Part shown: piece by piece, positions 1 through 14,104 of the stretch
Numbering within the stretch: the stretch's first letter is position 1
How the letters are laid out: the number at the start of each line of letters is the position of its first letter
NCBI RefSeq assembly: GCF_963921235.1
Contig: NC_086108.1
Coordinates: 18,538,001-18,602,000, forward strand
Direction: 5' to 3'
DNA length: 64,000 nucleotides
From: Mobula hypostoma
Taxonomy: Eukaryota
Notes under the pieces: model-generated
Told to the model about the DNA's origin: nothing
What the model saw: only the letters and a program-made list of their open reading frames with translations
Databases searched by the model: none
Translations under genes and position numbers: made by a program

Positions 1-3000
1 TCCAGAGAATTGGCCTCCACTGCCTTCTGAATCAGCGTGTTCCACACCTCCACAACTCTTTGGGAGAAGAAGTTCCTCCTCAACTCTGTCCTAAATGACC
101 TACCCCTTATTCTTAAACCATGCTCTCTGGTACTGGACTCTCCTAGCATCTGGATCATATTTCCTGCCTCTATCTTGTCCAATCCCTTAATAATCTTATA
201 TGTCTCAATCAGATCCCCCCTCAATCTCCTTAATTCCAGCGTGTACAAGCCCAGTCTCTCTAACCTCTTTGTGTAAGACAGTCCGGACATCCCAGGAATT
301 AACCTAGTGAACCTACGCTGCACCTCCTCCACAGCCAGGATGTCCTTCCTTAAGCCTGGAGACCAAAACTGCACACAATACTCCAGGTGTGGTCTCACCA
401 GGGCCCTGTACAAATGCAAAAGGATTTCCTTGCTCTTGTACTCAATTCCCTTTGTAATAAAGGCCAACATTCCATTAGCCTTCTTCACTGCCTGTTGCAC
501 TTGCTCATTCACCTTCAGAGACTGATGAACAAGTACTCCTGTATCTCTTTGTATTTCTCCCTTACCTAACTCCACACCATTCAGATAATAATCTGCCTTC
601 CTGCTCTTGCTCCCAAAGTGAATAACCTCACACTTATTCACATTAAACGCCATCTGCCAAGTTTCTGCCCACTCACCCAGCCTATCCAAGTCACCTTGAA
701 TTCTCCTAACATCCTCATCACATGTCACACTGCCACCCAGCTTAGTATCATCAGCAAACTTGCTGATGTTATTCACAATGCCTTCCTCTAAATCATTGAC
801 ATAAATCGTAAACAGCTGGGGTCCCAATACGGAGCCCTGTGGCACCCCACTAGTCACCACCTGCCATTCCGAGAAACACCCATTCACTGCTACCCTTTGC
901 TTTCTATCTGCCAACCAGTTTTCTATCCATGTCAATATCCTCCCCCCAATGCCATGAGCTCTGATTTTACCCACCAATCTCCTATGTGGAACCTTATCGA
1001 ATGCCTTCTGAAAGTCAAGGTACACCACATCCACTGGATCTCCCGCGTCTATCTTCCTGGTTACATCCTCGAAAAACTCCAATAGATTAGTCAAGCATGA
1101 TTTGCTCTTGGTAAATCCATGCTGGCTCGGCCCAATCCTATCACTGCTATCAAGATATGCCGCTATTTCATCTTTAATAATGGACTCTAGCATCTTCCCC
1201 ACTACTGATGTTCTCTGTTTTCTCCCTCCCTCCTTTCTTAAAAAGTGGGATAACATTAGCCAGTTGCCAATCCTCAGGAACTGATCCTGAATCTAAGGAA
1301 CATTGGAAAATGATCACCAATGCATCCGCAATTTCCAAAGCCACCTCCTTTAGTACCCTAGGATGCAGACCATCTGGACCTGGGGATTTGTTAGCCTTCA
1401 GTTCCATCAGTCTACTCATCGCCGTTTCCTTCCTAATGTCAATCTGTTTCAGTTCCTCTGTTACCCTATGTCCTTGGCCCATCCATACATCTGGGAGATT
1501 GCTTGTGTCTTCCCTAGTGAAGTCAGATCCAAAGTACTTATTAAATTCGTCTGCCATTTCTCTGTTTCCCATAACAATTTCTCCCAATTCATTCTTCGAG
1601 GGCCCAACATTGTTCTTAACTATCTTCCTTCTCTTCACATACCTAAAAAAACTTTTGCTATCCTCCTTTATATTCCTAGCTAGCTTGTGTTCATACCTCA
1701 TTTTTTCTCCCCGTATTGCCTTTTTAGTTAAGTTCTGTTGCTCCTTAAAAATTTCCCAATCATCCGTCTTCCCACTCACCTTAACTCTGTTATATTTCTT
1801 CTTTTTTAATGCTATGCCATCTCTGACTTCCTTTGTCAAACACTGTGGCCACTTTTCCCCCTTTGAATCCTTCCTTCTCTGGGGTATAAACTGATTTTTC
1901 ACCTTGTGCATTATTCCCAAGAATACCTGCCATTGCTGTTCCACTGTCTTTTCTGCTAGGATATCTGACCAGTCAACTTTGGCCAGCTCCTCCCTCATGG
2001 CTCCATAGTCTCCTTTGTTCAACTGCAATACTGACACTTCTGATCTGCCCTTATCCCTCTCAACTTGCAGGTAAAAACTTATCATATTATGGTCACTACC
2101 TCCTAATGGCTCCTTTACTTCAAGATCATTTATCAAATCCTGTTCATTGCACAACACTAAATCCAGAATAGCCTTATCCCTGGTCGGCTCTCGTACAAGC
2201 TGCTCCAAAAGTGCATCCCGTAGGCACTCTACCAACTCCCTATCCTGGGGTCCAGTACCAACCTGATTTTCCCAGTTCACCTGCCTGTTGAAATCCCCCA
2301 TAACTACTGCGACATTTCCTTTGCCACATGCCATTGTTAACTCCCTATTCAACTTGCACCCAATATCCATGCTACTGTTTGGGGGCCTGTAGATAACACC
2401 TGTTAGGGTCTTTTTGCCCTTACTGTTCCTCAGTTCTATCCACACTGATTCCACTTCTCCTGATTCTATGTCCCCCCTTGCAAGGGACTGAATCTCGTTC
2501 CTCACCAACAGGGCCACCCCACCCCCTCTGCCCACCTTTCTGTCCCTTTGATAGCACGTATACCCTTGTACATTCAATTCCCAGATCTGATCCCCCTGCA
2601 GCCATGTCTCCGTTATCCCAACAACATCATAGTTACCCATTCACACCTGAGCTTCAAGCTCATCCGCTTTATTTCTGACACTTCGTGCATTCAGATATAG
2701 AATTTTTAACCCATTTCTCCTCTCTCTGTTTAAATCGCTGCCTATTGTGCATAACCCAGCTCCCCAAACTCTCAGCAGGCTATACGCCCCTTGAATTTTG
2801 TTGTCCTTCTTAAATTTACTTACTCTTTCTGCACACTTAACTCCATGCTCCGTCAGACCATCCCTCTGCACATGTATCCTCCTTATCATTCGTTCCGCCT
2901 CACCTTTCTCTACTTCACACTTAATATTCCGGAACCGTGTAGTCCCCACCTGTCCTTTATACTTCATCTCGCTATCCTCTCTCACATTCTGGATCCCTGC

Positions 3001-3163
3001 CCCCTGCAAATTTAGTTTAAACCCCCCCAAGCAGCACTAGCCAACTTTCCTGCAAGAATGTTAGTACCCCTCCAGTTCAGGTGTAAACCGTCCTGTCCCA
3101 CCTTCCCTGGAACAAAGCCCAATTATCTAAAAACCTGAAGCCCTCCCTCCTGCACCATCCTTC
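1..3163 (-). mobile_element. CR1-clade LINE, 5'-truncated: end of ORF1 esterase plus disrupted ORF2 (APE endonuclease and RT); 3' end runs off the window
   Basis: ORFs 2641-3030 and 1174-2640 read YLNARS...ELEAQV*MGNYDVVGITETW, GDFN, LDLVL, SDH, KSPGPDG. There is an in-frame stop at 2641-2643 and a frameshifting deletion near 1205. RT sequence continues to base 1. A DGLHLNWRGTNILAG-type ORF1 end lies at about 3010-3160. Confidence 0.93.
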
Positions 3164-3459
3164 TATTGGAGAAGCCAAGAGCTAAGTGGTGTTCATTGAT
3201 ACAAATGGATAGGTACGTTGAACAGGAGCAAGAGTAGCCTAGTAAATCCTGCAATCTGCTTTGTTAGGCTGGTTGCCACGGATTGTTCGAGTTGCCACTC
3301 CCCCCATTTGCCTACCTCTCCACTTTCAGTCCTGGTGTATTTTATCAGTTTGAAACATCGACAGTTTCTCTCCCTCCGCAGATGCTGCCTGACCCACTGA
3401 ATTCCTCAAACAGGTTGTTTCTTGCATTCTCATCAAGTTGAGTTCATTGTCACATACGC

Positions 3460-3696
3460 TGTTATGTTATGTAACTCCAAAACATAAAACTAATCATAAG
3501 ATGAAGACAGGAGACCAGCAGAATGGGTCTTAGTTTCATTTTATTTTAACTAAGGCACGCACTTGTCACATAGTAGTGTCATGACATACGCAATTCACAT
3601 ATTTTTACATATAAGCCGTAATGAATTATTTAAATGAATAAGAATGCTTAATCAAACAATACTTTACAATATCACTCAAATATTAGATACACAACA
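3460..3696. mobile_element. Possible solo LTR inserted in a LINE tail
   Basis: 237-bp AT-rich segment with TGTT...AACA termini interrupting a Rex-like 3' tail; imperfect 5-bp flanks (tacgc/tgcac). Confidence 0.4.
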
Positions 3697-4739
3697 TGCA
3701 CTACAAATACTTACAATGAGGTACAGGTACAATGAAACGCTTGTTTGTAGCATCACAAGTACATAAGTGCAGACAACACAGAGCATATACTATACATAAA
3801 TTATGCAAAACAGTGAAGAAAAAAGAGATTGTGCAAAACAAGGTATTAGAGTAATAATAGGCAATAGGCACAGTCAGAAACATGGTCATGTAGTGTTCTA
3901 TTGCTGAGGAAGGATTAGGATTGTGCAGATTGTTTCAAGAACCTGATGGTTGTAAGAAAGTATTAATGAATCTGGTGGCTTGGGTCTTCAGGCTTCTGCA
4001 CCTCCTGACTGATGGTAGCAACATGATCTGGATGGTGGGGGTCCTTGATAACAGATGTGCATTCTTGCAGCAGCATCTCCTGTAGATGCTGTCAACTCAT
4101 CTCCACAGTCCTGCCTACCCAAATGACCTTTCTCCCCATTTATTATAGAATCTGTGTGTCTGAAAAATATTCAAAGATATTGCTTCCACCACCTTATGAG
4201 GAAGAGTTCCAAAGTTTACATCACTCAAAAGAATGAAAAAAAAGCTTCATCTGTGACTTAAGTAGTCTTCTCTAGATATAGCTTCGCCCCCCCCCCCCCC
4301 GCAGAATGGGAAGCCTTATTTCTATGCCCTACATTCATTCTCAATTCCTCATGTTCTTATGTCTCAGTCTAATCCCTATGCATTTCTCAGCTCCATCAGA
4401 TGGAGTCTAGACCACCTCATAAGACATAAAGGAATTGCAGCACATCTATAAGAGGTAAACACTCCCAAAGGTCTGTCAGATTTCAGCTGGTCTATGAGGA
4501 CAGGTGCTGTGGATGCTGAGGCCACAGTCAGGAGATGGTAAGATTTTCCACACAATCAGCTGGGGCAAAGGGCTTGTCAATAAGTAGGGAGGATGCTGTT
4601 GTTGAATCTGGTCACCTGGACTTTCTAGGTCCTGCATCCTCTCCCAGGGGGTGGAAGAGAGAAAAGGGAATGACTAGATGGCAAGCATTCTTGATGATAC
4701 TATTAGCCTTCCTGAAGCAAATCACCATTATTGATTAAG

Positions 4740-6360
4740 AAGCAGAAGTGGAATATAAGAACAAACTACTGGGAAACGTAAAACAGACCAGGAAATTCAG
4801 TTAGTGTTAAATGTGATATCCTTACAGATGGGAGAGTTTGCAATGGGAAATCAAGATATGACAGATGAATTGCATAAATATTCTGCATCTGACACAAAAT
4901 CCCTCCCAGAAATAACAGGGACCAAGGATCTAAGTTCAAATAAGGAAATTAAATCTATCAATAAGAAAAAGAAACATGACTAACAACTGGACATGATGAT
5001 ACACATCAAGCAACACACATAAAAGTTGCTGGTGAACGCAGTAGGCCAGGCAGCATCTCTAGGAAGAGGTACAGTCGACATTTCGGGCCGAGACCCTTTG
5101 TCAGGACTAACTGAAAGAAGAGCTAGTAAGAGATTTGAAAGTGGGAGGGGGAGGGAGAGATCCAAAATGATAGGAGAAGACAGGAGGGGGAGGGATGGAG
5201 CCAAGAGCTGGACAGTTGATTGGCAAAATCGATTATGATGATATACGTTTGTACATCACAGCATTGTGAAAGAGACATTAGAGATGGTGAATGCTCTGCT
5301 ATCATCTTTCAAATCAGCATAGATTCCGGATTTGTCCCAGTGCAATATTACAAATGTAAGCCCACTATTAAATAAATGATGGGGACAGAAAGTTGAGCTC
5401 TAATAATCTTGTACCAGTAGAAAATGTTGGAATATATAATAAAGAATCTGATAACAAGATACTACAAAAATAATGATATATTGAACAGAGTTAACGTTGA
5501 TTTAAGAAGGGGAAATAAAACAATTGGAGTATTTAGGAGTATCTGGTAGAGCAGGTGAGAGGAGATCAGTGGATATGGTGTATGTGAACTTTCAAGAGCT
5601 TTTGATAATGCAAATTACAGGAGGTTGGTGAACCAGGTTGGAGAATACTGTATCTGAGCAATATACCAGCAAGGATTGAGAGTTGCTATATTAACAGGAA
5701 TAAGGAATGGACCCTGTTCAAATTGTGAAGAATGGGGTGCTACAGTAATCAGTGCTTGGAGTCCAATCTATAAGGGATGGAACCAAATGTAATATGTCCA
5801 TGTTTGCTGATGACACATGAGAATGTGAGTTTGCAGAGAGACTTCAAGAGAACACAACCAAGCTGAGTGACTTAGTAATAACATGGTGGGTGGAGACCAA
5901 TAGGAAATAGGGAAATACCAAGAATGTTTTAAACGGGGGATCGGAAAATGCAGTGTTGAAAGGAAGCTGGATGTCCTTGTACACAAGGCACTGAAAGTTA
6001 ACGTTCAGGTGGAGCGGGCAATTGGAAGGCAGATGGTGTTTTGATCTTCATTTCTATAGGATTTGAGAAAAGTGCAAAGATATCTTACTGTATTTAAAGT
6101 CAAACTTGAATTTATTGTCATATGCACAAGTTCATGACCGTAAAGGGGCAAATGAAAAATTTACTTGCAGCAGCATCACAGACACATGGCATAATATAAG
6201 CAACAGTCACAAGAAAAATATAAATTAAACATATCATTTCAGATTGATATATTTTTGAATGTAATTTAATGAAATTTGTTTAACTAGTTTATGTATATAA
6301 TTACACAGAACATTGGTGAGACTACACTTGAAGTATTGTGTACAGTTTTGGTGTGAAAAG
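4740..6360 (+). mobile_element. Old, heavily decayed CR1 ORF2 (RT region) with nested insertions
   Basis: Degenerate 'tttgctgatgacac' (FADD), 'gtattgtgtacagttttggt' (YCVQFW) and other CR1 RT blocks. Confidence 0.65.
5010..5225 (-). mobile_element. Penelope-like 3' terminal module with degenerate hammerhead motif
   Basis: Minus strand agtcctgacaaagggtctcggcccgaaatgtcgact followed by gatgctgcctggcctactgcgttcaccagca; same module as at 21560-21745. Confidence 0.75.
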
Positions 6361-6365
6361 ATATA

Positions 6366-7153
6366 CAGTAGATTCCAGTTAATTGGCCATCGTTTAATCG
6401 GGGCAGCGCTTATTTGGGATAACTCTTAAACAACAAAAGCTAGTAAGAAAATAGCCAGGATTCCATTTGTTTATTTGGACATTATGCCACTTACTTGGGA
6501 CAGGAGATTGTTGCCAAACAGTTTCTAACTAGAACCAGTTGTGTGTACTTGCATGACTGTTAGATGCTACACCATGCTTAGAGTGAACAGTTTTTGAATA
6601 GCGTCAGTTGCGTGTGTTTGTGTTCAAAATGCAATGATTTTTGTCACTGATATTTGGCAAGAAATAATCAGTAAGAGAAGTCTGGACTGTTTTGCTGCAA
6701 TTTGAAGCATTCAGGCTTGGAGATGCCAGAAATGGCTGTGAGTGAAAATGAAATGATTTCAGTACTTGAATACGACAATGAAAATGAAGTTTTGGAAAAT
6801 GCAGTAATTGGAAGCATTGTATGAAGGAAATCCACTAACTGCACTAGGTATTTGTACTGATTTTGTTCATATACGCTCAGTCAAAAGAACACAGCAGCGT
6901 GCACTGGATGGATTCCTCAAACAGTGACTATTAGGAACCAATACACAGTCTTATAGTACTGTGGCAGTATTGGTAATGTTCTAATTCATTTTGTATTTCA
7001 TTCAAATATATATTTTGTTACTCAGTTAAATGCTAATTTGTCTTTTTTATACTCCTTTAACTATTTTCATGGAACTTCAGTTAATTGGCGCAGCTACTTA
7101 ATTGGGGCAAAATGTACTGGTCTTGATGTGTCTCAATTAACTGGAATCTACTG
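6366..7153. mobile_element. Non-autonomous Tc1/mariner (Tigger/pogo-type) DNA transposon / MITE
   Basis: Perfect 20-bp TIRs CAGTAGATTCCAGTTAATTG (6366-6385) and CAATTAACTGGAATCTACTG (7134-7153), flanked by TA on both sides; inserted in a CR1. Confidence 0.88.
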
Positions 7154-8069
7154 TATTTGCTAAGTAGAGCACAAGGTGAAGTAGGCCTTCACACGGCCTA
7201 TTCCTGTTTCATGGGATGGATATATTGCTAGATATTAAGTCATCAGTGGATACAAGGATAAATCAGAAAAGGTGGTATTGATATAGAACACCAACTGTGA
7301 TCTTGATGAATGGTGAACAGTTATAGAGCCAGAATGATGCACGTCTATTTTTTACTGTCTTGTAGAGATGGCACCACAGTTATGATTCAAAGATTCAAAG
7401 CACACTTATTATCAGAGAATGTATAAATTACACACCTTGAAATTTGTCTGCTTATAGACAGCCACAAAGCAAGAAACTCAAATAACCCAATTACAAGATA
7501 AAAATCAAAAGAAAACAAAATAAACCAAAAAACACTGCACAGAGAAAGAACAAGAGAGAAAAATAAAACACATTGTGCAAACAATAGAAGCAAGCCAACA
7601 GCATTCTGAACCAGACTGAGTCCCAGAGAGAAGTAAGGGCTTCTGTCTCATTGGTATGAAACATCCTTGTTATTTGGAGTTTATAAATGGCTAGACAAGA
7701 TCTGGAACACTGACGTATGATGCTCCAAACCTAGGCACTAATATTTGGACTTGGAGCTTACAGTCCTGCTGAGATCAGTCTCTGGAACCACACCATTAAT
7801 GATTAGCACCATCTCCTGTATGTAATGCAAATTACACACAAACTGAAGGAGGGCTTCCTCCAGTGCTGCAACCAGCCACTGTATGTTCATCGTGAGGTGC
7901 AAGTAATAAGGCAAATTCTTCTCTAGACCAGAGATACTGAACACAGGCATGCACAGACAGACAGACAGACAGGCACAGGCAGACACTTCTACAGGTGATA
8001 GGAACACAGGGACAGGAGGCCGCTATTTAGCCCTTCATTCCTTTTGCATGACAACATTAGAGCAGCAGT

Positions 8070-8480
8070 TAAGAAAGTAAGAAACAGGAGCAGCTGTCGG
8101 TCATCTGGCCTGATCCAGCATTCAATAAGATCTGTATGATCCAGCCAGGGACTCTGCTCCACATAATTAGGTCATAGGCCAATCCCTTCATCTCTGGAAT
8201 TAATCTGATGAACCTCTGCACCACCTCCAAAGCCAATATATCTTTCCTCAAGTAAGGAGACCAGAACTGCACGCAGCACTCCAGGTGTAGTACCCAGTAC
8301 AGTTGCAACATAACCTCCCTGCTCTTAAACTCAATCCTTCTCACAATGAAGGCCAACATTCCATTTGCCTTCTTGCACCTGTAAACCAACCTTTTGTAAT
8401 TCATGCATGAGCACTTCCAGATCCCCCTACAGAACATTATGCTGCCACCTTTCAATATTTAAGTACTAATCTATCCGTCA
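8070..8480 (-). mobile_element. CR1 3' fragment (RT C-terminal part and tail)
   Basis: ORF 8069-8455: KKANGMLAFI...IEFKSREVMLQLY...LECCVQFWSPYLRKDILALEVVQR. Confidence 0.8.
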
Positions 8481-8659
8481 GTATTCCAGTTAGATTTCCA
8501 GTGTGAGTATTTTTCTTATCTTTAATTTTTATTTCCTTGTGGTGTAGAATGAGGCCAATAAGCTTGAGTTTTTGCTGGTTATCCATCTACCCCATTTCCC
8601 CACTCACTGTCTTGTAACCATTCTCCTACATACATCCATTAACTTCCCACATTTTCCCA

Positions 8660-8870
8660 CAAGACACCTCCACACTGGGTAAAATACAGCAGCAAATAGC
8701 CCTACAACCCGTAAGTGTTTGGGATATGAGCAGTGAGCACCAAGAGGAAAGACACATGGTCATAGAGAGACCATGAAAACTCTACATGGTCAGCACCAAA
8801 GGCAGGATCAGACGCCGATCCCTGGAACTGTGAGATAACAGCATTACCTGCTGTGTCACTGTGACACCCA
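8660..8870 (-). mobile_element. tRNA-derived V-SINE (HE1-like), decayed
   Basis: tRNA-like head (gtgtcacagtgacacagcaggtaatgctgttatctcacagttccagggatc...) followed by a V-domain-like core; similar to 22530-22750 and 41600-41770. Confidence 0.55.
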
Positions 8871-9109
8871 TTGTGCCTTCATCAATAGATGTAAAGAAAT
8901 ATTCCATGACCAGCATTAGAATTATAGCAGCATCTCCATTTCTGAGGTTCAGCTCCATGACACTCACAGGAATGGGGTGCAACAGGAAGGCTTTCTGATT
9001 TCACTTTTAATATAATGTCACCTTGTTCTGGATGTTGGCGAGGTTTGTTGAGATGTGGTACCCAGACTGTGTACATGGGACAGAAGCTATTCACTGAGGA
9101 ACACAGAGT

Positions 9110-10835
9110 GAAGAAAAACCTGAACACTAAGTAAATCATAAACACAGGGAATAGCTGGAAGGTGACAGGTGAAGCCAGGAGGGTGGAGGAGGTCATGGGC
9201 TGGAGAAGAAGGAATCTAATAAGAGAGGAGAGGAGAAAGAGAAGGAAAAAGGAACCCAGAGGAAGGTAATAGGTAGGTGAGAAGAAGTAAGGGGCGAGAG
9301 AAGGGAATAGAAGAAGAGAGAGGGAGGGATTTTTTTCCCTGGAAAGAGAAACTGATATTCATGTCATCAGGTTGGAAGCTACCAAGATGGAATATAAGGT
9401 GTTCCACCCTGAGGGTAGCCTCATCATGGCACAAGAGGAGGCCATGGATCCTCATGTCAGAATGGAAATCAGAATTAAAATGATAGGCCACCGGGAAGAT
9501 CCACTTTTGACGGACGGAGCAGAGGTGCTCGACGAAGCTGTCCCCCAAATTATGACAAGTCTCAGCAATATTGATGAGGCTGCATCGGGAGCACTGGGCA
9601 CAACAGACAACCTCAGCAGATTTACAGGTGAAGTGTTGCCTCACCTGGAAGGACTGTCTGGGGCTCTGAACAGAGGTGAGGGAGAAGATGTATGGGCAGG
9701 TGCAACACTTAGGCCACTTGCAAGGATAAATGCCAGGAGAAAGATTAGTGGGGAGGGCAGAATGAACAAGGGAATCACGGATGGAGTAATTCTTGTAGAA
9801 AGCCCAGGGTGGGGGGAATGGTAAAGATATGTTTGGTGGTAGGATCCCTTTGGAGATGGTGGAAGATGCAGAGAATGATGTGTTGGATGCAGAGGTGGTA
9901 GTTAAGGGTGAGAGGAACTCTATCACTGTTAAGGCAGGGGAAAGATGTGGTGAGCACAGACGTTCAAGAAATGGAGGAGATATTAGCATCAATAGGGGAG
10001 GAAGGAAAACCCCTTTCTCAGAAGAAGGAGGATGGCTCTGATGTTCTGGAAAGGAAAACTGAATCCTAGGAACAGATGTGACAGAGACAAAGGAAATGAG
10101 AAATGTGAATAGCATGTTTACAGGAGATAGGGTGGGAAAAGGCATAATCTATATAACTGTGGGAATCTATAGTTTTATAAAAGATGTCAGTCAACATTTT
10201 GTCTTCAAAGATGCAGCCAGAGAGATTAAAAAGGGGGAGGAGGGTATCAGAAATGGACTAAGTGAATTTAGGGGCAGGGTGAGTCGTTGAAGGCAAATTT
10301 GATTAAATTGATTAGCTCATGAAGCAGCACCAATGCAGTTATCAATGTAGCGGAGAAAGAATTGGGGAACATTACCAGGGAAGGCTTGGAACATGGACTG
10401 TTCTAAGTAGCCAACGAAGAGGCAAACATAGCTGAGCCCCATGCAGGTGGCCATGGCTACCCCTCGAGTTTGGAGAAAGTGGGAGGAGCTGAAGGAGAAA
10501 TTGCTGAGGGTGAGGACCAGTTCTGCCAGATGGAGGAAGATAATGGTGGAGGGAAACTAGTTGGTTGTTTTATTGAGAAAGAAGCGGAAAGCTTTAAGAC
10601 CTTCTTAATGGGTAATAGAAATGTATGGGGACTGAACATCCATGGTGAAAATGTGGTGGTAAGGGCCAGGGAACTGTAAGTCAGTGAGGAGATCAAGACC
10701 ATGAGAAGTGTCATGGATGTAGGTGGGAAGGGACTGAACCAAGGGGGATAGAATGGAACTAAGGTATGAGGACATGAGTTCAGGGGGCAGGAGCAGGCGG
10801 AGACAATGGGACTATCCAGACCATCAGGTTGGTAA
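9110..10835 (-). mobile_element. Penelope-like retroelement relic (RT plus GIY-YIG endonuclease)
   Basis: Minus strand reads GVAMATCMGLSY...LRYIDNCIG (PLE RT motifs, about 10320-10470). ORF 9216-10145 has CKWPKCCTCP and HFTCKSAEVVCCAQCSRCSLINIAET...FVEHL (degenerate GIY-YIG). Confidence 0.87.
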
Positions 10836-13074
10836 GTAAGGAGAGCCAAGTGGAAAATTCTGGAGATGCTCAGATCAGGCAGCATCTGTGGAGTCAATGT
10901 TTCAGCACAATGGCTTTTTATCAGAAATGGGAAATGGTAGGAATTAAGTGTGGATTAAGTTACAGGGAAAGGGGAGGGGTAGAGAGAGCAAAGGGAATGT
11001 CTTTGCGAGTGCAGAGAGAATAAGTAAGACTGGATGACACAAAAGTTAATGATGCTAGCTGAGAAAGAGTGAAATTTGATCAACACGGCTGCTGAACCAT
11101 TGATTTTTGTTGAGAACTACTTTTGACATGGGACTTTTCTAAGGAGTTTTGATTTCAGATGGGCAATGATTAATTATCATTGGTGGATCCCTGCCCTATC
11201 TACCCATGTCATTATAAAGACACATGGGTGGGCAGAGTGGGAAGGGGAAATGGAAGTGCATTAAGTCCTCTGCATTTATCAATTATATAGACAGTAGATG
11301 GGTATCCCAAACTTGGCTTCAACGTGGCCTGTAGAACATCTGCTGGTCTCTTATAGATATGGGAGCAGCAGGCAGTACACAGCTGAGTCAGTCAGTCTCT
11401 CCCCTTCTCTCTCTCTCTCTCCCTCCATTCCCCCTCCCCACTACCCACCCCCCCCCCCACCTCTGGGCATCTCTACACCCTGTCAGAGTGAGATGTGCGT
11501 GGACTGAAAAATACTGAATGTAGAACTAATAGGATTCACCTACTGGCGGGTTTCCCTCACAGAGGTTATCATTGCCCGACATTGGAGCTGCAGTGAGATA
11601 TTTCCTGTGGAAATTCTATTTGCCGGGGTGAATCCAGGCAAGTGTCTGACATTACAGCTTCCTGGTTTCACAGCCTCCAGCCCAAGTGGCTCCAGGATAA
11701 GAAGATGGGAACAAGGATCTGCGCCTTCGAGCATGGTAACTGGAAATAGGTTTATTATTGTCACACGTACTGAGGTGCAGTGTAAAGCTTTTGTTCCTGT
11801 GCTATCTGGACAGATCATTACAAACACAAATATATTGAATTAGCAAAAAGAAAAAGAGAATACAGAATATATTGCTAGTATAACAGAGAAAGTGCAGTGC
11901 CGATAGACAATAAGATGCAGGAAATATAACCTACTAAATTGTGAGATTGGCCATTGGAAATAGAATTGCTCCTTGATGTAATATCTGAATATCAGGCTGT
12001 AATCTCCGGGCCACTGCATCTCCTTTTCCTCCTGTCCTTTCTCACAGCATCTCTCCTATCAAATTCTTGAAAATGGCTCCAAGTTTACTGAAATAGTGCA
12101 GCAGTTAAATTACAAGGCTGCCAATCCAGAGGCAAGTTTGAATTGCCCAGGGTAGATTGACTGCCCTACAACCATCAGGTCATTGAACAACCCTAATCCT
12201 CAGCCTCCTTATGGACCTCCTTTTGCATTATTAGATTTGCAGTCTTCCTATTCCTCTTCACTTTCATGCTTAATTTAAGAAACTTTGTGTTCTGCATGTT
12301 GTCTAGGATGCTGCGCAAGATTTTCACTAGATCTGCACTTGACTGTCCTTGTGTAAGTAACAATAAACTTAACTTGACCTGAGAGGTTAAATTCAGTTGT
12401 TAACTAATCTGGATTTCATTTTTTAGCAGTCAAGTAAGATATGGTGACTATTTGGCTCACTACTTTCTCTTTCCAGTAGGTGGCTGCAGACTCACAGCAA
12501 ATGGTTGGCTGTTAAATGGTCTCAGTTGAACTAATACAAGAGGCATTCACATGGCACTGGATTCAGACACTGGCAAGTTGCTCCCAACTGCACAGTGCCT
12601 AGAATATCCTCCATATGAACATCTGGATGCTAATGCTTAAACTGGGAGCTTTCCCACACACTGGCTTTCGGCAGCTGACCTAATCAAACTCCCAGAATCA
12701 CACACTGCAGCAGCTTTCAAGAAAAACTCCCATTAACACTATTTCCCTCTACACAGGTGCAGCCTGACCCTCTGAGTGTTTCCAGTGCTTTCTGTTTTTA
12801 TTTCAGGTTTCTGGCTTCTGCAGTCTTTGTTTGATTTTCGGGAGATAAATGAAACCTGAAATTATCAACAAGGGAGAAAGAAATAATTCACACTGGAAAT
12901 GTTCAAATGGAGTGGAATGTCTTACTTTCTGAAACACAATGTTAATTGTAATGTACCTCGTTGGAGGGTGAGATGTTTGTCCCTCATGCTTCCACTGAGC
13001 TCCATTGGAAATACGCAGGGGAACTTAGAAAGGTTAGCATGAGGGTGGGATGGAGAATTAAACAGAAAAATAGT

Positions 13075-13960
13075 TAGACCATAAGGCTGTAAAATATAGG
13101 AGCAGAATTAGGCCATTTGGCCCATTGAGTCTGCTCTATCATTTCATCATGGCTGATCCGCTTTCCCTCTCAGCATCAATCTCCTGCCTTCCTCCCATGT
13201 ACCTTCATGCTTGACTAATCTATCAACCTCTGCTTTAAATATACCTAATGACTTGGCCCCCACATCTGCTTGTGGGAATGAATTCCTCAGATTCACCGTT
13301 CTCTGGCTAAAGAAATTACTCGTCATCTCCATTCTAACTGTACATTCCTCTATTCTGAGGTTGTGTCCTCTGGTCTTAGATTCCCCTGCCATGGAAACAT
13401 CCTCTCTATCGAGTCCTTTCAACTATTGATAGGTTTCAATGAGGTCCCCTTTATTATTTTGAATTCCAATGAATTGAGGCCCAAAACCATCAAATGTCCC
13501 TTATATGACAAGCCTTTCAATCCCGGAAACATTTTCGTGAACCTCCTTTGAACCTCTCCTATTTCAGTACATACTTTCTTAGATAAAGGGCCCAAATCTG
13601 CCCACAATACTCCAAATGAGGCCTTACCAGTGCCTTAAAAAGCCTCAACATTACATCCTTGCTTTTATATTCTCATCCTCTTGAAATGAATGCTAACATT
13701 GCAGTTGCCTTCTTCACCACCGACTCAACCTTTTGGGAGTCCTGTATGAACACGCCCAAGTCTCTTTGCACCTCAGATTCATGAATTTTCTCTCTATTTA
13801 GAAAACAGACTACACTTTTATTTCTTCTACCAAAGTACATGAGTATACACTTCCTGACACTATATTTCATCTGTCACTTCTTTGGCCATTCTCCTAATCT
13901 GTCTGTCATTCTGTAGCCGCTCTGCTTCCTCAACACTACCTGCCCCTCCATCTATCTGGA
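13075..13960 (-). mobile_element. CR1 3' fragment
   Basis: ORFs 13673-13870, 13419-13607 and 13147-13422 (QRDLGV, QRRFTKMFPG, TRGHNLRI, FFSQRTVNLRN) plus CR1 3' UTR. Confidence 0.85.
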
Positions 13961-14104
13961 CTGATCTGAGGTATTCTGCAAGGGAGAGAAGTAGTACTCA
14001 GTTAAGACTTGTACTTCCCAGCTAGTTGTGCCTCTGACCAAGCATTCCAATTCAGTTACATCTCTGGCATTTTCTGATAATACAGAAAATCAGCCAGATA
14101 TGTC

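Noticed and set aside
1208..1894. Long ORFs antisense to CR1 ORF2 (also 37948-38535 and 39696-40289)
   Set aside because: Shadow ORFs of the LINE coding strand
12490..12700. Minus-strand exon ending at a GTGAGT donor
   Set aside because: Stops in all frames shortly upstream and no convincing acceptor
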